A stretch of DNA of 64,000 nucleotides from Parcubacteria group bacterium Gr01-1014_20 (GTDB lineage: Bacteria; Patescibacteriota; Minisyncoccia; UBA6257; 2-01-FULL-56-20). The stretch is from contig VMFW01000003.1 in NCBI GenBank assembly GCA_007376265.1, positions 1,315 to 65,314 of the forward strand, given 5' to 3'. Positions 8,869-17,239 of the stretch are shown piece by piece (position 1 is the stretch's first letter; every line of letters begins with the position of its first letter). The translations under genes and the position numbers were made by a program. The notes beneath the pieces were generated by a model. It saw only the letters and a list, made by a program, of their open reading frames with translations. It was not told the origin of the DNA and ran no database searches.

Positions 8869-8892
8869 TATCGATTTCAAAGAAGGCCGAAA

Positions 8893-9609
8893 CTAAGGAT
8901 TGACTGATTCGGTCGAGGTGGCAGGGTTTTCCGTTTCGGTTTCCGGTTTATTTTGGTCTTCGCCGTCTACTTTGGGTTGGGGTTCGTAGGAGACTTGGCG
9001 GATCGTTTTTGTCTCAAGGCCGAGGAATTTTTTACCCTTGATCTCGATGACATTTAGACCCGGACCCAAGACGATTTTTTTGAACCAAAGACCCTCATCG
9101 TTCACTGGGATTTCTTCGGTGGAGCCGCCAACATTAATGGTGACTTTATCGCCCCCCCTTAACTCACCCCTAAAGGTAATTTCGCTAGAGCTTGAGGTGG
9201 TTAGGTTTTCTTCGGGGTAGTAAATAGTGAGACTGGGCTTGCCAAGGATTTTGGAGAACCTTAATCCGAAGTAGGCGGCTATGACGACGACGACGATCAC
9301 AATAACCCAGATTCTTTTAGGAGAAGATTTACCCATGAATCGATTTTCGGGAAGCCTATCTTTAGCGCCGGAACTTGATATTTCTGATCCTTCTTTGAAA
9401 AGTTTCCAGAGTTCTTCACCGCTCACGTTTAGAATTTGACCCAGTTTAATAAAGTATCCACGCAGATATGGAGCGGGAGGGAGATTAGAATGGTTGCCAG
9501 TGATTATATTTTCGAGGTGCCTTTCGGCAACCCCGCTTAATTCGGAGAGCTTTTTTATATCCAGGCCACTTTCTTTGATTTTTGATGAAAGGAGTTCTTG
9601 GAATTCCAT
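8893..9609 (-). CDS. rodZ: RodZ-like cytoskeleton protein (N-terminal XRE-type HTH, TM segment, C-terminal beta domain)
   Basis: N-terminal HTH (LDIKKLSELSGVAERHLENIITGN), then a TM segment (IWVIVIVVVVIAAYFGL), then a C-terminal domain resembling the RodZ C-terminal beta domain (DUF4115). Confidence 0.55.
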   Translation of the reverse strand: MEFQELLSSKIKESGLDIKKLSELSGVAERHLENIITGNHSNLPPAPYLRGYFIKLGQILNVSGEELWKLFKEGSEISSSGAKDRLPENRFMGKSSPKRIWVIVIVVVVIAAYFGLRFSKILGKPSLTIYYPEENLTTSSSSEITFRGELRGGDKVTINVGGSTEEIPVNDEGLWFKKIVLGPGLNVIEIKGKKFLGLETKTIRQVSYEPQPKVDGEDQNKPETETENPATSTESVNP

Positions 9610-9615
9610 ATTTTT

Positions 9616-11715
9616 TTATGTGCCCTTATCGGACGTATCAAATCCGTCCTTAAAGCTTTCGCCAAAAACCTCTCTTGGCTTGGCGCCCTCGCCGGGCCCG
9701 ATTAAGCCGTTCTCTTCCATGAGATCGAGGAGGCGTGCGGCGCGAGCATAGCCGACTTTCAGTCGACGTTGAAGGAGGGAGGCGGAGGCTTTCCCTGCTT
9801 CCCGGACAACGTCTACAGCTTCAAGGTACAGTTCATCGTCATCGCCCGCGTTTGGGTTGTAACCGTCGAGGACGTCGCGATTTCCGCTAAGCGAATTTGT
9901 TTCAAGATTGATTTCCTCATCGGATTCATCAGGTTGGTTGTTGGCTTTGATGAAATCGACAACTTTATGAGCCTCCTCTTCGGAGATATAGCCGCCCTGG
10001 ATACGTTTGGGTTTTGAGAATTCAGAGGAGAGAAATAGAAGATCGCCGCCACCAAGAAGTTTTTCAGCGCCAGAGGTGTCGAGGATGGTGCGGGAGTCAA
10101 TTTGGCTCGCGACCTGAAGGGCGATGCGGCTTGTGATGTTGGCTTTGATGAGGCCGGTGATAACTTCAACCGATGGTCTTTGGGTTGAGAGAAGCAGGTG
10201 GATGCCGGTAGCGCGGGCCATTTGGGCGAGCCTCACTATAGAACCCTCAATTTCACGGCCGTAGGAAGTCATTAGGTCGGCCAGCTCGTCAACGACGATC
10301 AAGAGATACGGTATGGCTTCCTCTTTGTTGTTTTCATTGTAGCCCTTGATGTCTTTTCGGCCGGCGTGAAGGAGTAGGTCGTAGCGGCGATCCATTTCGC
10401 TAATAGCCCATCTTAGAACGCCGATGGCTTTTTTGTTTTCGGTGATAACCGGAGTAGCGAGATGGGGAAGGCCCTCGTAGAGAGATAGCTCAACTCGCTT
10501 GGGATCAATCAAGATCATTTTTAGAGTAGCGGGGGAATTTTTGTAGAGGAGAGAGAGGATGATGGAATGAATCATAATGGACTTTCCGGAGCCGGTGGCG
10601 CCAGCGACTAGAAGGTGAGGCATTTTGTCGATTGACGCAAACATTGGTTCGCCACTCACATTTCGGCCGAGGGCAAAGCCTAAGGGGCCGGACTCGTTAA
10701 ATTCGGGATAGATGATCAAACTGCCTAAGCGAACCAGGGCGGCGGCTTTGTTCGGCACTTCGATGCCAACTAAAGACTTACCAGGGATGGGAGCTTCTAT
10801 TCTTATGGGGTGAGTGGCTAGGGCTAGGCTTAGGTCTTGGTTTAGGGCCGTAATTCTTGAAAGCTTTATGCCTTCGGCGGGCTTTAGAGTGTAGCGGGTG
10901 ACTTTAGGGCCAACGTTGATTTCACCCATTTCGACTTGAATGCCGAAGGATTCGAGAGTTCTTTTGATGATGTTCGCGTTAGCCCGAAGGTCGCCGGTGG
11001 TCGGTTTTTCGGTGGTTGATTTTAGAAGTTCGAGGGGAGGGGCGATGTAGTTTTTGATTGTTTTCGGGGTGGTTCTTTTGGCGGGAGGTTTACTGAAAAT
11101 CGCAAGGGGATTCAGAGTTCTTTCCTTTTGATTTTCCGGCGCGTCTTCTTTCTCGTCCTCCTCGTTTTCTTCTTCTACTTCTTCCTCCGGCTCTTCTTCG
11201 TCCTCTTCCTCAACTTCTGTATCTTTGGTTTTTCGTTCGGGGAATTTGATTCGGATTGGGAGATTGAGGGTAACCAAGATGGCGACAACCAAGATGCTCA
11301 CGTTTATGACGGAGGCGGCGATTGTGCCAAAAGGATGTTTTAGCGCTCCGAGGACGAACCCTAGCCAACCGCCGCGCCCAGGTTGAAAAATCTCAACTAA
11401 TCCGAGAGAAGAAAGAATTAAAAGTCCGGCGCCGACGAAGGTGAGCCAGGCAAACTTGTTGCGACCAGAGAGAATAAAAACTCCGGCGGTCAAGATTAAA
11501 CTTGCCGGCAGGAGAAAATAGCCCCAGCCGAAGAGAGTCTCAAAAATTTTAAAGATAAAGTCACCAGCGCCGCCGGCCAGATGAAATCCAGATAAAATAA
11601 GAATAAGGGCAATGGCTAGGGAGCAGATACCCCAAATGCTGCGTTTGGTGTCTGGATGGAGCCAGTCCGGGCCTCGCTCTTCGTCTTCTTTTTCGTTTCG
11701 TTTCTTTTTCGCCAC
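9616..11715 (-). CDS. ftsK: DNA translocase FtsK/SpoIIIE with C-terminal gamma (winged-helix) domain
   Basis: N-terminal TM segments, an acidic linker (EEEDEEEPEEEVEEENEEDEKED), the ATPase core (LLVAGATGSGKS ... LLIVVDELADLM) and the gamma domain (LYLEAVDVVREAGKASASLLQRRLKVGYARAARLLDLMEENGLIG). Confidence 0.95.
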   Translation of the reverse strand: MAKKKRNEKEDEERGPDWLHPDTKRSIWGICSLAIALILILSGFHLAGGAGDFIFKIFETLFGWGYFLLPASLILTAGVFILSGRNKFAWLTFVGAGLLILSSLGLVEIFQPGRGGWLGFVLGALKHPFGTIAASVINVSILVVAILVTLNLPIRIKFPERKTKDTEVEEEDEEEPEEEVEEENEEDEKEDAPENQKERTLNPLAIFSKPPAKRTTPKTIKNYIAPPLELLKSTTEKPTTGDLRANANIIKRTLESFGIQVEMGEINVGPKVTRYTLKPAEGIKLSRITALNQDLSLALATHPIRIEAPIPGKSLVGIEVPNKAAALVRLGSLIIYPEFNESGPLGFALGRNVSGEPMFASIDKMPHLLVAGATGSGKSIMIHSIILSLLYKNSPATLKMILIDPKRVELSLYEGLPHLATPVITENKKAIGVLRWAISEMDRRYDLLLHAGRKDIKGYNENNKEEAIPYLLIVVDELADLMTSYGREIEGSIVRLAQMARATGIHLLLSTQRPSVEVITGLIKANITSRIALQVASQIDSRTILDTSGAEKLLGGGDLLFLSSEFSKPKRIQGGYISEEEAHKVVDFIKANNQPDESDEEINLETNSLSGNRDVLDGYNPNAGDDDELYLEAVDVVREAGKASASLLQRRLKVGYARAARLLDLMEENGLIGPGEGAKPREVFGESFKDGFDTSDKGT

Positions 11716-11783
11716 GGGTTTATGCTCTATATTTTCTTACATTTATTGAAAAAAAACAAACCTTATCTTATAATCCAATAATT

Positions 11784-13982
11784 ATGGATTTTCGGGATAT
11801 TACTGAAAGAGAAAAATATCTTGAGGCGTTGAAGGGAGAATATTACCGAACTGTTCAAGATGTCACGCCAGATTGGATAAAGGATAGCCCGGTTTTCGAT
11901 TTGAGTAACGAAGGTGAGATCGAGTTGGTTTTAACCAAGGATTTTGTTCAAAAATACGGACTAGAGTCGTGGCTAGCTAATTATAAGAAAGAGGCACAGC
12001 ATTCGACTGGCGGTATAAGAGGGCCGCAAAATATTTTGTATCCGTGGGATTCAAGATTTCCGATTAATCAGATTGGAGTTGTTCTAGCAACACTCGGAAA
12101 AAGCTTAGTTTTGAGAGATAGAATTTCTGGAAGGGACATTCATAAGGCGGTTTCCGGAGAAGTTCGTTACAACACGAAGCAATACGTAGAACTTATATCT
12201 CGAGTGCATGCTGCTTGTGGAATCTATACTCACCAAACACTAAACAACGATCCAGTGGCGATTTGGTTGGCATCCTTTTTTATTTTTATGAAAGATTGTG
12301 ACGGGGGAGAATTTGTTACATCAAGTCACGCGATCAGTAGTAAAATTGCCACTAAGGATTTGGATGATCAGGGTAGTCAGTTTTTGCCGGAGATGTCTAT
12401 GGCTTTCATTGCAAAGATTGAAGAGATTATAAAAATCGCGAAGGAATCTCCTGGTGGCTATAGGATTACTCTGGCTCCCAAAAAAAACGATTTTATTATT
12501 CAAGATTTCGAAGCTAATAAACTTTATGCGAATTACTTAAGAGGAGGTGTTGCCACAAAAGAAAACGTTGAATTGATAAGAACAGCAGCCGAGCAAGGAA
12601 TGAGATTGATGATGGAGACAGTCGGGGGATCGATGTATCGAACCATGAAACCACTTCTTGAGGAGTTTGGGGTTTTTGAGGTTTTTGATTGGAATAATAA
12701 AGAAGAAGATCCATTTTTTCACGGGGTGGGTAAGACTAGGAAGCTCAATCCAAAGACTAATCAGGAAGAGTTTTTTGACTTATCATGCGATGCGTCGTTG
12801 CCAGACGTCGAGAATACTATGTTTTATGAATACTTCTTGAAAGATAAGCCTGTTGGTTATGTGCTTTTTATCACTGATCCAGATGGGGATCGCTTAGTGA
12901 TTGGGCAAGTTGAGCCGATAGCCCATAAACAAAGATTAGATAATCTTGGGGTTCACTCGATAAAAGTTGGCGAAGAGAAAATTGTTTCTTTCTATCACCC
13001 GACCTTTTCTTTTCTGATGGTGATGGATTTTTATATGAAACAGATGAAAAAGGCTGGGCTTTGGGATAAACATCCTCGCTTTATGGTTATTACTACTCCC
13101 TGTTCCCGAGCTTGGGATGAGTGGGCTATGGCAAATGGAGTATCGATTATTACAACGCCAGTGGGTTTTAAGGAGATTGCAACGGCCATTAAAAAAATTG
13201 AAAAGAAGCTTTTCTTGAATCCCAGTGAAGCTGTGACGATAACAGATATTTGGGGGAAAGATATTGGTTTAGGGGTTGACCCTCGCCTGGCTTTTGCCGG
13301 AGAAGAAAGCGGAGGGATGATAATTGGCCCCGAGGAAATCATAAAAAGTGAAAAAGGCAGGAGAGCTTTGGTTATGCGAGAAAAAAGTGCGGGCGAGGCT
13401 TCTATGATTACGGCTGCTCTCGCGGCACATCTTTTCTTGGAAAAAAAATCAATGCTTCAGTATTTAGAGGAAGTATTTCGTGAGTCCAATATAGTTCATC
13501 GCTACTATGAAAGAGTTGACATTACTTATTACAACGAAAGTGAGCCGAACCCTGAACAGTTGTTAAAAGCTAAAACTGAAGGGGAGGTGAAACGTGATAA
13601 AATTGACCTTTATTATTTGGGGATCGTCATGGCCTTAAGGGAGAGTTTAGTTAACATAGATGACGCAAGAAAAATTTTAAATGAGGCAATCCCTCAATTG
13701 GATTTTTCGGATATGGAAGATGTGTGTTTTACTGGCGATGCAACATATTTCAAATTCAAGAATATGTTTGTCCAGGTTAGAAAATCTGGAACTGATGCAA
13801 AACTTAGGGGCTATAGTAACGGCGATGATAGGAGTAAGTGTCTTAAATACTTGGATGCTCTGGTTCATTATTCGGGGGAGATCACACCTTTATATGGCAG
13901 CAAGATCCCAGCTACTTTTCGAGAGACTATTTACGACAAAACTAAAATGATATACGAGAATTACCTTTACTCTGGTTTGTGA
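11784..13982 (+). CDS. alpha-D-phosphohexomutase superfamily protein (phosphoglucomutase/phosphomannomutase-like), unusually long at 732 aa
   Basis: Has the catalytic Ser loop GGEFVTSSHAIS (cf. TASHNP), the metal loop ITDPDGDRLVIG (DxDxDR) and the sugar loop FAGEESGGMII (GEESGG). Long insertions relative to the canonical ~460-560-aa enzymes. Confidence 0.65.
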   Translation: MDFRDITEREKYLEALKGEYYRTVQDVTPDWIKDSPVFDLSNEGEIELVLTKDFVQKYGLESWLANYKKEAQHSTGGIRGPQNILYPWDSRFPINQIGVVLATLGKSLVLRDRISGRDIHKAVSGEVRYNTKQYVELISRVHAACGIYTHQTLNNDPVAIWLASFFIFMKDCDGGEFVTSSHAISSKIATKDLDDQGSQFLPEMSMAFIAKIEEIIKIAKESPGGYRITLAPKKNDFIIQDFEANKLYANYLRGGVATKENVELIRTAAEQGMRLMMETVGGSMYRTMKPLLEEFGVFEVFDWNNKEEDPFFHGVGKTRKLNPKTNQEEFFDLSCDASLPDVENTMFYEYFLKDKPVGYVLFITDPDGDRLVIGQVEPIAHKQRLDNLGVHSIKVGEEKIVSFYHPTFSFLMVMDFYMKQMKKAGLWDKHPRFMVITTPCSRAWDEWAMANGVSIITTPVGFKEIATAIKKIEKKLFLNPSEAVTITDIWGKDIGLGVDPRLAFAGEESGGMIIGPEEIIKSEKGRRALVMREKSAGEASMITAALAAHLFLEKKSMLQYLEEVFRESNIVHRYYERVDITYYNESEPNPEQLLKAKTEGEVKRDKIDLYYLGIVMALRESLVNIDDARKILNEAIPQLDFSDMEDVCFTGDATYFKFKNMFVQVRKSGTDAKLRGYSNGDDRSKCLKYLDALVHYSGEITPLYGSKIPATFRETIYDKTKMIYENYLYSGL

Positions 13983-14023
13983 GGTCGGGATAGTATTAGG
14001 TAGGTTTGTTCATATCTTGTGAA

Positions 14024-14052
14024 TTGACTAGCCATACCAGCGGCGGTAGATT
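14024..14052 (+). promoter_or_regulatory. sigma70-like promoter TTGACT-17-TAGATT
   Basis: ttgact agccataccagcggcgg tagatt, ~60 nt upstream of a strong RBS/ATG. Confidence 0.4.
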
Positions 14053-14115
14053 GAAAATAGGAACTTAAAGTTCAATAAAGTTAACCCTCAAGCCAGTTAA
14101 AGGAGGTGAGACGGG

Positions 14116-14367
14116 ATGAGTTTCCTTGGTAGGCAGTTGCTTTTGGAGACCCTGACCCACTTTGGGGTGATGGTCTGGCAACGGAAGGTAAAGCCGGAAG
14201 ACGTGGCAGAGGTAGTTGAGGCGCTTTCTCGCAACAAGGCCGTTATTCTTAGGGGAATGACGGATGTGGCTAGTAAGCGTAAGACAACTTCAGACGTGGT
14301 TGAAAGCCTAACTAGGAGGGTCCAAAACAGTGATTCCGACATGCTCCCTCGCCGCATGGCGAATTAG
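14116..14367 (+). CDS. small hypothetical protein (83 aa)
   Basis: Very strong SD (aaaggaggtga, 7 nt before the ATG), an upstream promoter and a hairpin + T-run after the stop. The region is GC-rich and the opposite strand is also open (86 aa), so a structured RNA cannot be excluded. Confidence 0.45.
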   Translation: MSFLGRQLLLETLTHFGVMVWQRKVKPEDVAEVVEALSRNKAVILRGMTDVASKRKTTSDVVESLTRRVQNSDSDMLPRRMAN

Positions 14368-14477
14368 TGCCAGTTAAAAAGGGACTTCAAGAATATCTTG
14401 GGGCCCTTTTTATTTTTCTTGTTCACTTGCGCTCAAGCGTGCCTTCGATTGACCCTCCCCTTGGCTCGTGGTAGGCT

Positions 14478-14972
14478 GTGTTGGAAATTATGAATCAAGT
14501 TTTGTTTAACAGCTCTTACGGATTGAAGCTTGATGTGCCTCAGGTGATCAAGGAGGTGATTGGGTTTATGAACCTGGATCCAAAGAGGAAATACAAGATA
14601 ACGATTGGGACCGATTCGGAACAACTGTCTTCAAATAAGGCAGATTTTGTGACGGCGATAGTGGTGCATCGAGTGGGAAACGGCGGACGATATTTTTGGA
14701 GGCGACAGGAATTTGGAAGATTTCATAACCTAAGGGATCGAATTATAAAGGAAGTAATGGTTTCTCTCGAGATGGCTAAGGATGTCCTCTCCTTGCTTAA
14801 GGAGCACAAAGAAATCGATTTCGATTTTGAGATTCACGCTGATATCGGAGAAAATGGTGAAACTAAAACGATGATTCAGGAAGTGGTGGGAATAATTCGG
14901 GCCTATAACTTTGAGCCGAAAACAAAACCAGGAAGTTACGCGGCCTCAAACGTTGCGGATAGGCATGTTTAA
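14478..14972 (+). CDS. YkuK/DUF458-like RNase H-fold protein
   Basis: KITIGTDSE ... FVTAIVVHRVGNGGRYF ... FEIHADIG resembles the YkuK family (predicted RNase H-like nuclease). Confidence 0.5.
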   Translation: MLEIMNQVLFNSSYGLKLDVPQVIKEVIGFMNLDPKRKYKITIGTDSEQLSSNKADFVTAIVVHRVGNGGRYFWRRQEFGRFHNLRDRIIKEVMVSLEMAKDVLSLLKEHKEIDFDFEIHADIGENGETKTMIQEVVGIIRAYNFEPKTKPGSYAASNVADRHV

Positions 14973-15055
14973 AAATCTTCTGGCAAAACATCGCCTCTAT
15001 TTTTAGTTGAATTTTTGATCCCACCGCCAACCCGAATGTTTTGCCAGAAGATTTT
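14966..15055. repeat. perfect 20-bp inverted repeat (aaaatcttctggcaaaacat / atgttttgccagaagatttt) around a ~50-nt loop
   Basis: Seen directly. It lies between the YkuK-like stop and the exonuclease start. Confidence 0.8.
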
Positions 15056-15071
15056 TGAACCACAGTTTTAA

Positions 15072-15659
15072 TTGAATATGGATACGATAGTTTTTGATAT
15101 CGAAACAAAGAACTTTTTTACCGACCCGGAGGTGGGTTGGAATAATTACGAGGCGCTCAAAATTTCGGTGGTGGGCGTCTATTCTTACGCTCAAGATAAA
15201 TATTTAGTTTTTGATGAAAATGAAATTGAAAAACTAGGGGAACTGCTTCGGGGCGCAGAAAGGTTAGTGGGATTTTCCATGAACCGATACGATGTGCCGG
15301 TTTTGCAGGCGCATTTTCTGGCTTTGCCAGTGACTCGGGATATAGATTTATGGAAGATGGAGCGGTCGGATTTGCTTGATGAAATCGAAATGGGCACAGG
15401 CAAGCGAATCAGTCTAAGTCGTTTGGCGGAAGTAAATTTAGGAGAGGCGAAAAAGAGCAGTGGGGCGGAGGCCATTGTCATGTATAAAGAGGGAAGGATC
15501 GAGGACCTTAAAAGATACTGTCTTGAAGACGTGCGAATTACAAAGGAACTTTATGACTTGTATAGGAAACAGGGATATCTCATGGTGCCAGACAGAGATA
15601 CGGGTGAGCTTTCACGCGTTGGTTATAGTTTGAGCGATAACCAGGGGAGTTTGTTTTAG
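15072..15659 (+). CDS. DEDD-type 3'-5' exonuclease (RNase H-like, PolB-exonuclease-like / YprB-like)
   Basis: IVFDIETKNFF (Exo I, DxE) ... GFSMNRYDVPVL (Exo II) ... YCLEDVRITKELYD (Exo III, Y..D). Confidence 0.6.
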   Translation: MNMDTIVFDIETKNFFTDPEVGWNNYEALKISVVGVYSYAQDKYLVFDENEIEKLGELLRGAERLVGFSMNRYDVPVLQAHFLALPVTRDIDLWKMERSDLLDEIEMGTGKRISLSRLAEVNLGEAKKSSGAEAIVMYKEGRIEDLKRYCLEDVRITKELYDLYRKQGYLMVPDRDTGELSRVGYSLSDNQGSLF

Positions 15660-15806
15660 TTCAGTAATTTACCTCTCGACGAAAGAGTGGGGAGGGGTCT
15701 GCCGTTTAGCTTGGGTAGACTAAAGAAGAAAAGAGAGATTGACAGGATGCTGGAGATTTTTAAAAATGTTATTGGACGATAAAATAAAAAATGGCTTACA
15801 AATGTA

Positions 15807-17099
15807 ATGACCGATAACAAATCAAGGAAAAAGTTTTTAGTTTTAGGAGTGGCGCTCGCGGTTTTGGTTTTACTTTGGGTATTAGTGACGCCGCCCGCGG
15901 CAAGAGCAGATTTCTTCACCGATTTTTGGAACAGCCTAAAAAAACCCTTCTCTTCGGAAGAAGTTCCAGGGGCGGGAGAGGTGAAAACTCCTAGTGAGGT
16001 TTCTAAGAAAGATGTGCCGCTTTATAAGCCGGCACTCGATTACGAGCAGGCGGTAGTGGGGGCGGTTAAGAAAGCGTCACCGGCGGTGGTTTCGATTACG
16101 ATCTCTAAATTAGTGCCGATTCTCGAGAATTGTCGACTGAATCCCTTCGGAGACTTGCCCCCAGAATTTCGTCAGTTTTTTGGCGGTGATGATTTTTTTG
16201 AATTTAGCCAACCCTGTGATAATGGGCGAAAGGAGCTCAAAGAGGTGGGTGGAGGGAGCGGTTTTGTCGTTTCCCAGAATGGTCTGATTTTAACCAATAA
16301 ACACGTGGTTTCAGATAAAACGGCCTCTTATACGGTGATTATGAATGATGGCAAGAAGTATGACGCGAAGGTTTTAGCCAGGGATCCGTCTCAAGACTTG
16401 GCGATAGTGAAAGTAGAAGCTACGGGTTTGCCAGTCGTAGATTTGGGAGATTCAGACACGATTCAGCTTGGTCAATCGGCGATTGCGATTGGCAATGCTT
16501 TGGGTGAGTTTGGCAACACGGTTTCGGTGGGAGTGATTTCGGGTTTGGGTAGAAATGTGACGGCCTCTGGGGGTGATCTGGTGGAGAGTATTAGCGGGGT
16601 GATTCAAACAGACGCGGCCATTAACCCCGGTAATTCTGGTGGACCGCTTTTGAATCTCAAGGGCCAGGTGATTGGGATAAATACCGCCATTGTTTCAGGG
16701 GCGCAGAATATTGGGTTTGCGATTCCGATTAACCGAGCGAAGCGGGATATTAACTCGGTTAAGGCGAGCGGAGAAATTCGAGTACCGTACATTGGAGTTC
16801 GCTACATCGTAGTTACGCCGGATGTGGCTAAAAAACAAAAACTACCCGTTGATTACGGGGTGTTGGTTCGGGGGAGTGATGCGGGTCCGGCGGTGCAACC
16901 GGATTCCCCAGCGGCAAAGACGGGGATTTTGGCGGAAGACATAATTCTAGCGGTTAATAACAAAAAAATAGACGCGGAGAATTCTTTATCCGATTTAATT
17001 TCTAAGTTTAATGTCGGAGAGGTGGTGACGCTCAAAATTAATCGGGGCGGCAAGGAAATATCTCTTACGGTTACTCTCGGCAATAGGCCGCAGAGTTAA
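15807..17099 (+). CDS. htrA: HtrA/DegP-family serine protease with C-terminal PDZ domain
   Basis: Signal/TM segment; trypsin-like catalytic triad context (TNKHVV, DLAIVKV, GNSGGPLLN); PDZ domain (GVLVRGSDAGPAVQPDSPAAKTGILAEDIILAVNNKKI). Confidence 0.9.
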   Translation: MTDNKSRKKFLVLGVALAVLVLLWVLVTPPAARADFFTDFWNSLKKPFSSEEVPGAGEVKTPSEVSKKDVPLYKPALDYEQAVVGAVKKASPAVVSITISKLVPILENCRLNPFGDLPPEFRQFFGGDDFFEFSQPCDNGRKELKEVGGGSGFVVSQNGLILTNKHVVSDKTASYTVIMNDGKKYDAKVLARDPSQDLAIVKVEATGLPVVDLGDSDTIQLGQSAIAIGNALGEFGNTVSVGVISGLGRNVTASGGDLVESISGVIQTDAAINPGNSGGPLLNLKGQVIGINTAIVSGAQNIGFAIPINRAKRDINSVKASGEIRVPYIGVRYIVVTPDVAKKQKLPVDYGVLVRGSDAGPAVQPDSPAAKTGILAEDIILAVNNKKIDAENSLSDLISKFNVGEVVTLKINRGGKEISLTVTLGNRPQS

Positions 17100-17239
17100 T
17101 TTTTTCTAGCCCATTACCCTTTGCGTCGACGAGTCGTCTAGGGCGACATCAAGCCTATCGCCACTCCGAAAGTTTCCTCAAAGTAGGCCGGGAAAATTGA
17201 AAATTTTTTCGATGAATGGTAAAGTATAATTGAATTTGT

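Noticed and set aside
8653-8880. 75-aa minus-strand track ORF inside the GC-rich island
   Set aside because: It lies within the putative structured RNA with no start signals; a composition artefact.
11128-11343. 71-aa plus-strand ORF inside ftsK
   Set aside because: It is antisense to the acidic linker of FtsK; a poly-Phe/Leu artefact of GAA/GAG-rich coding.
14097-14357. 86-aa minus-strand ORF overlapping the 83-aa plus-strand ORF
   Set aside because: No RBS or promoter, antisense to an ORF with excellent signals, and the region is GC-rich so open frames on both strands are expected. I also tried RNase P, SRP and tmRNA motifs here and found none.
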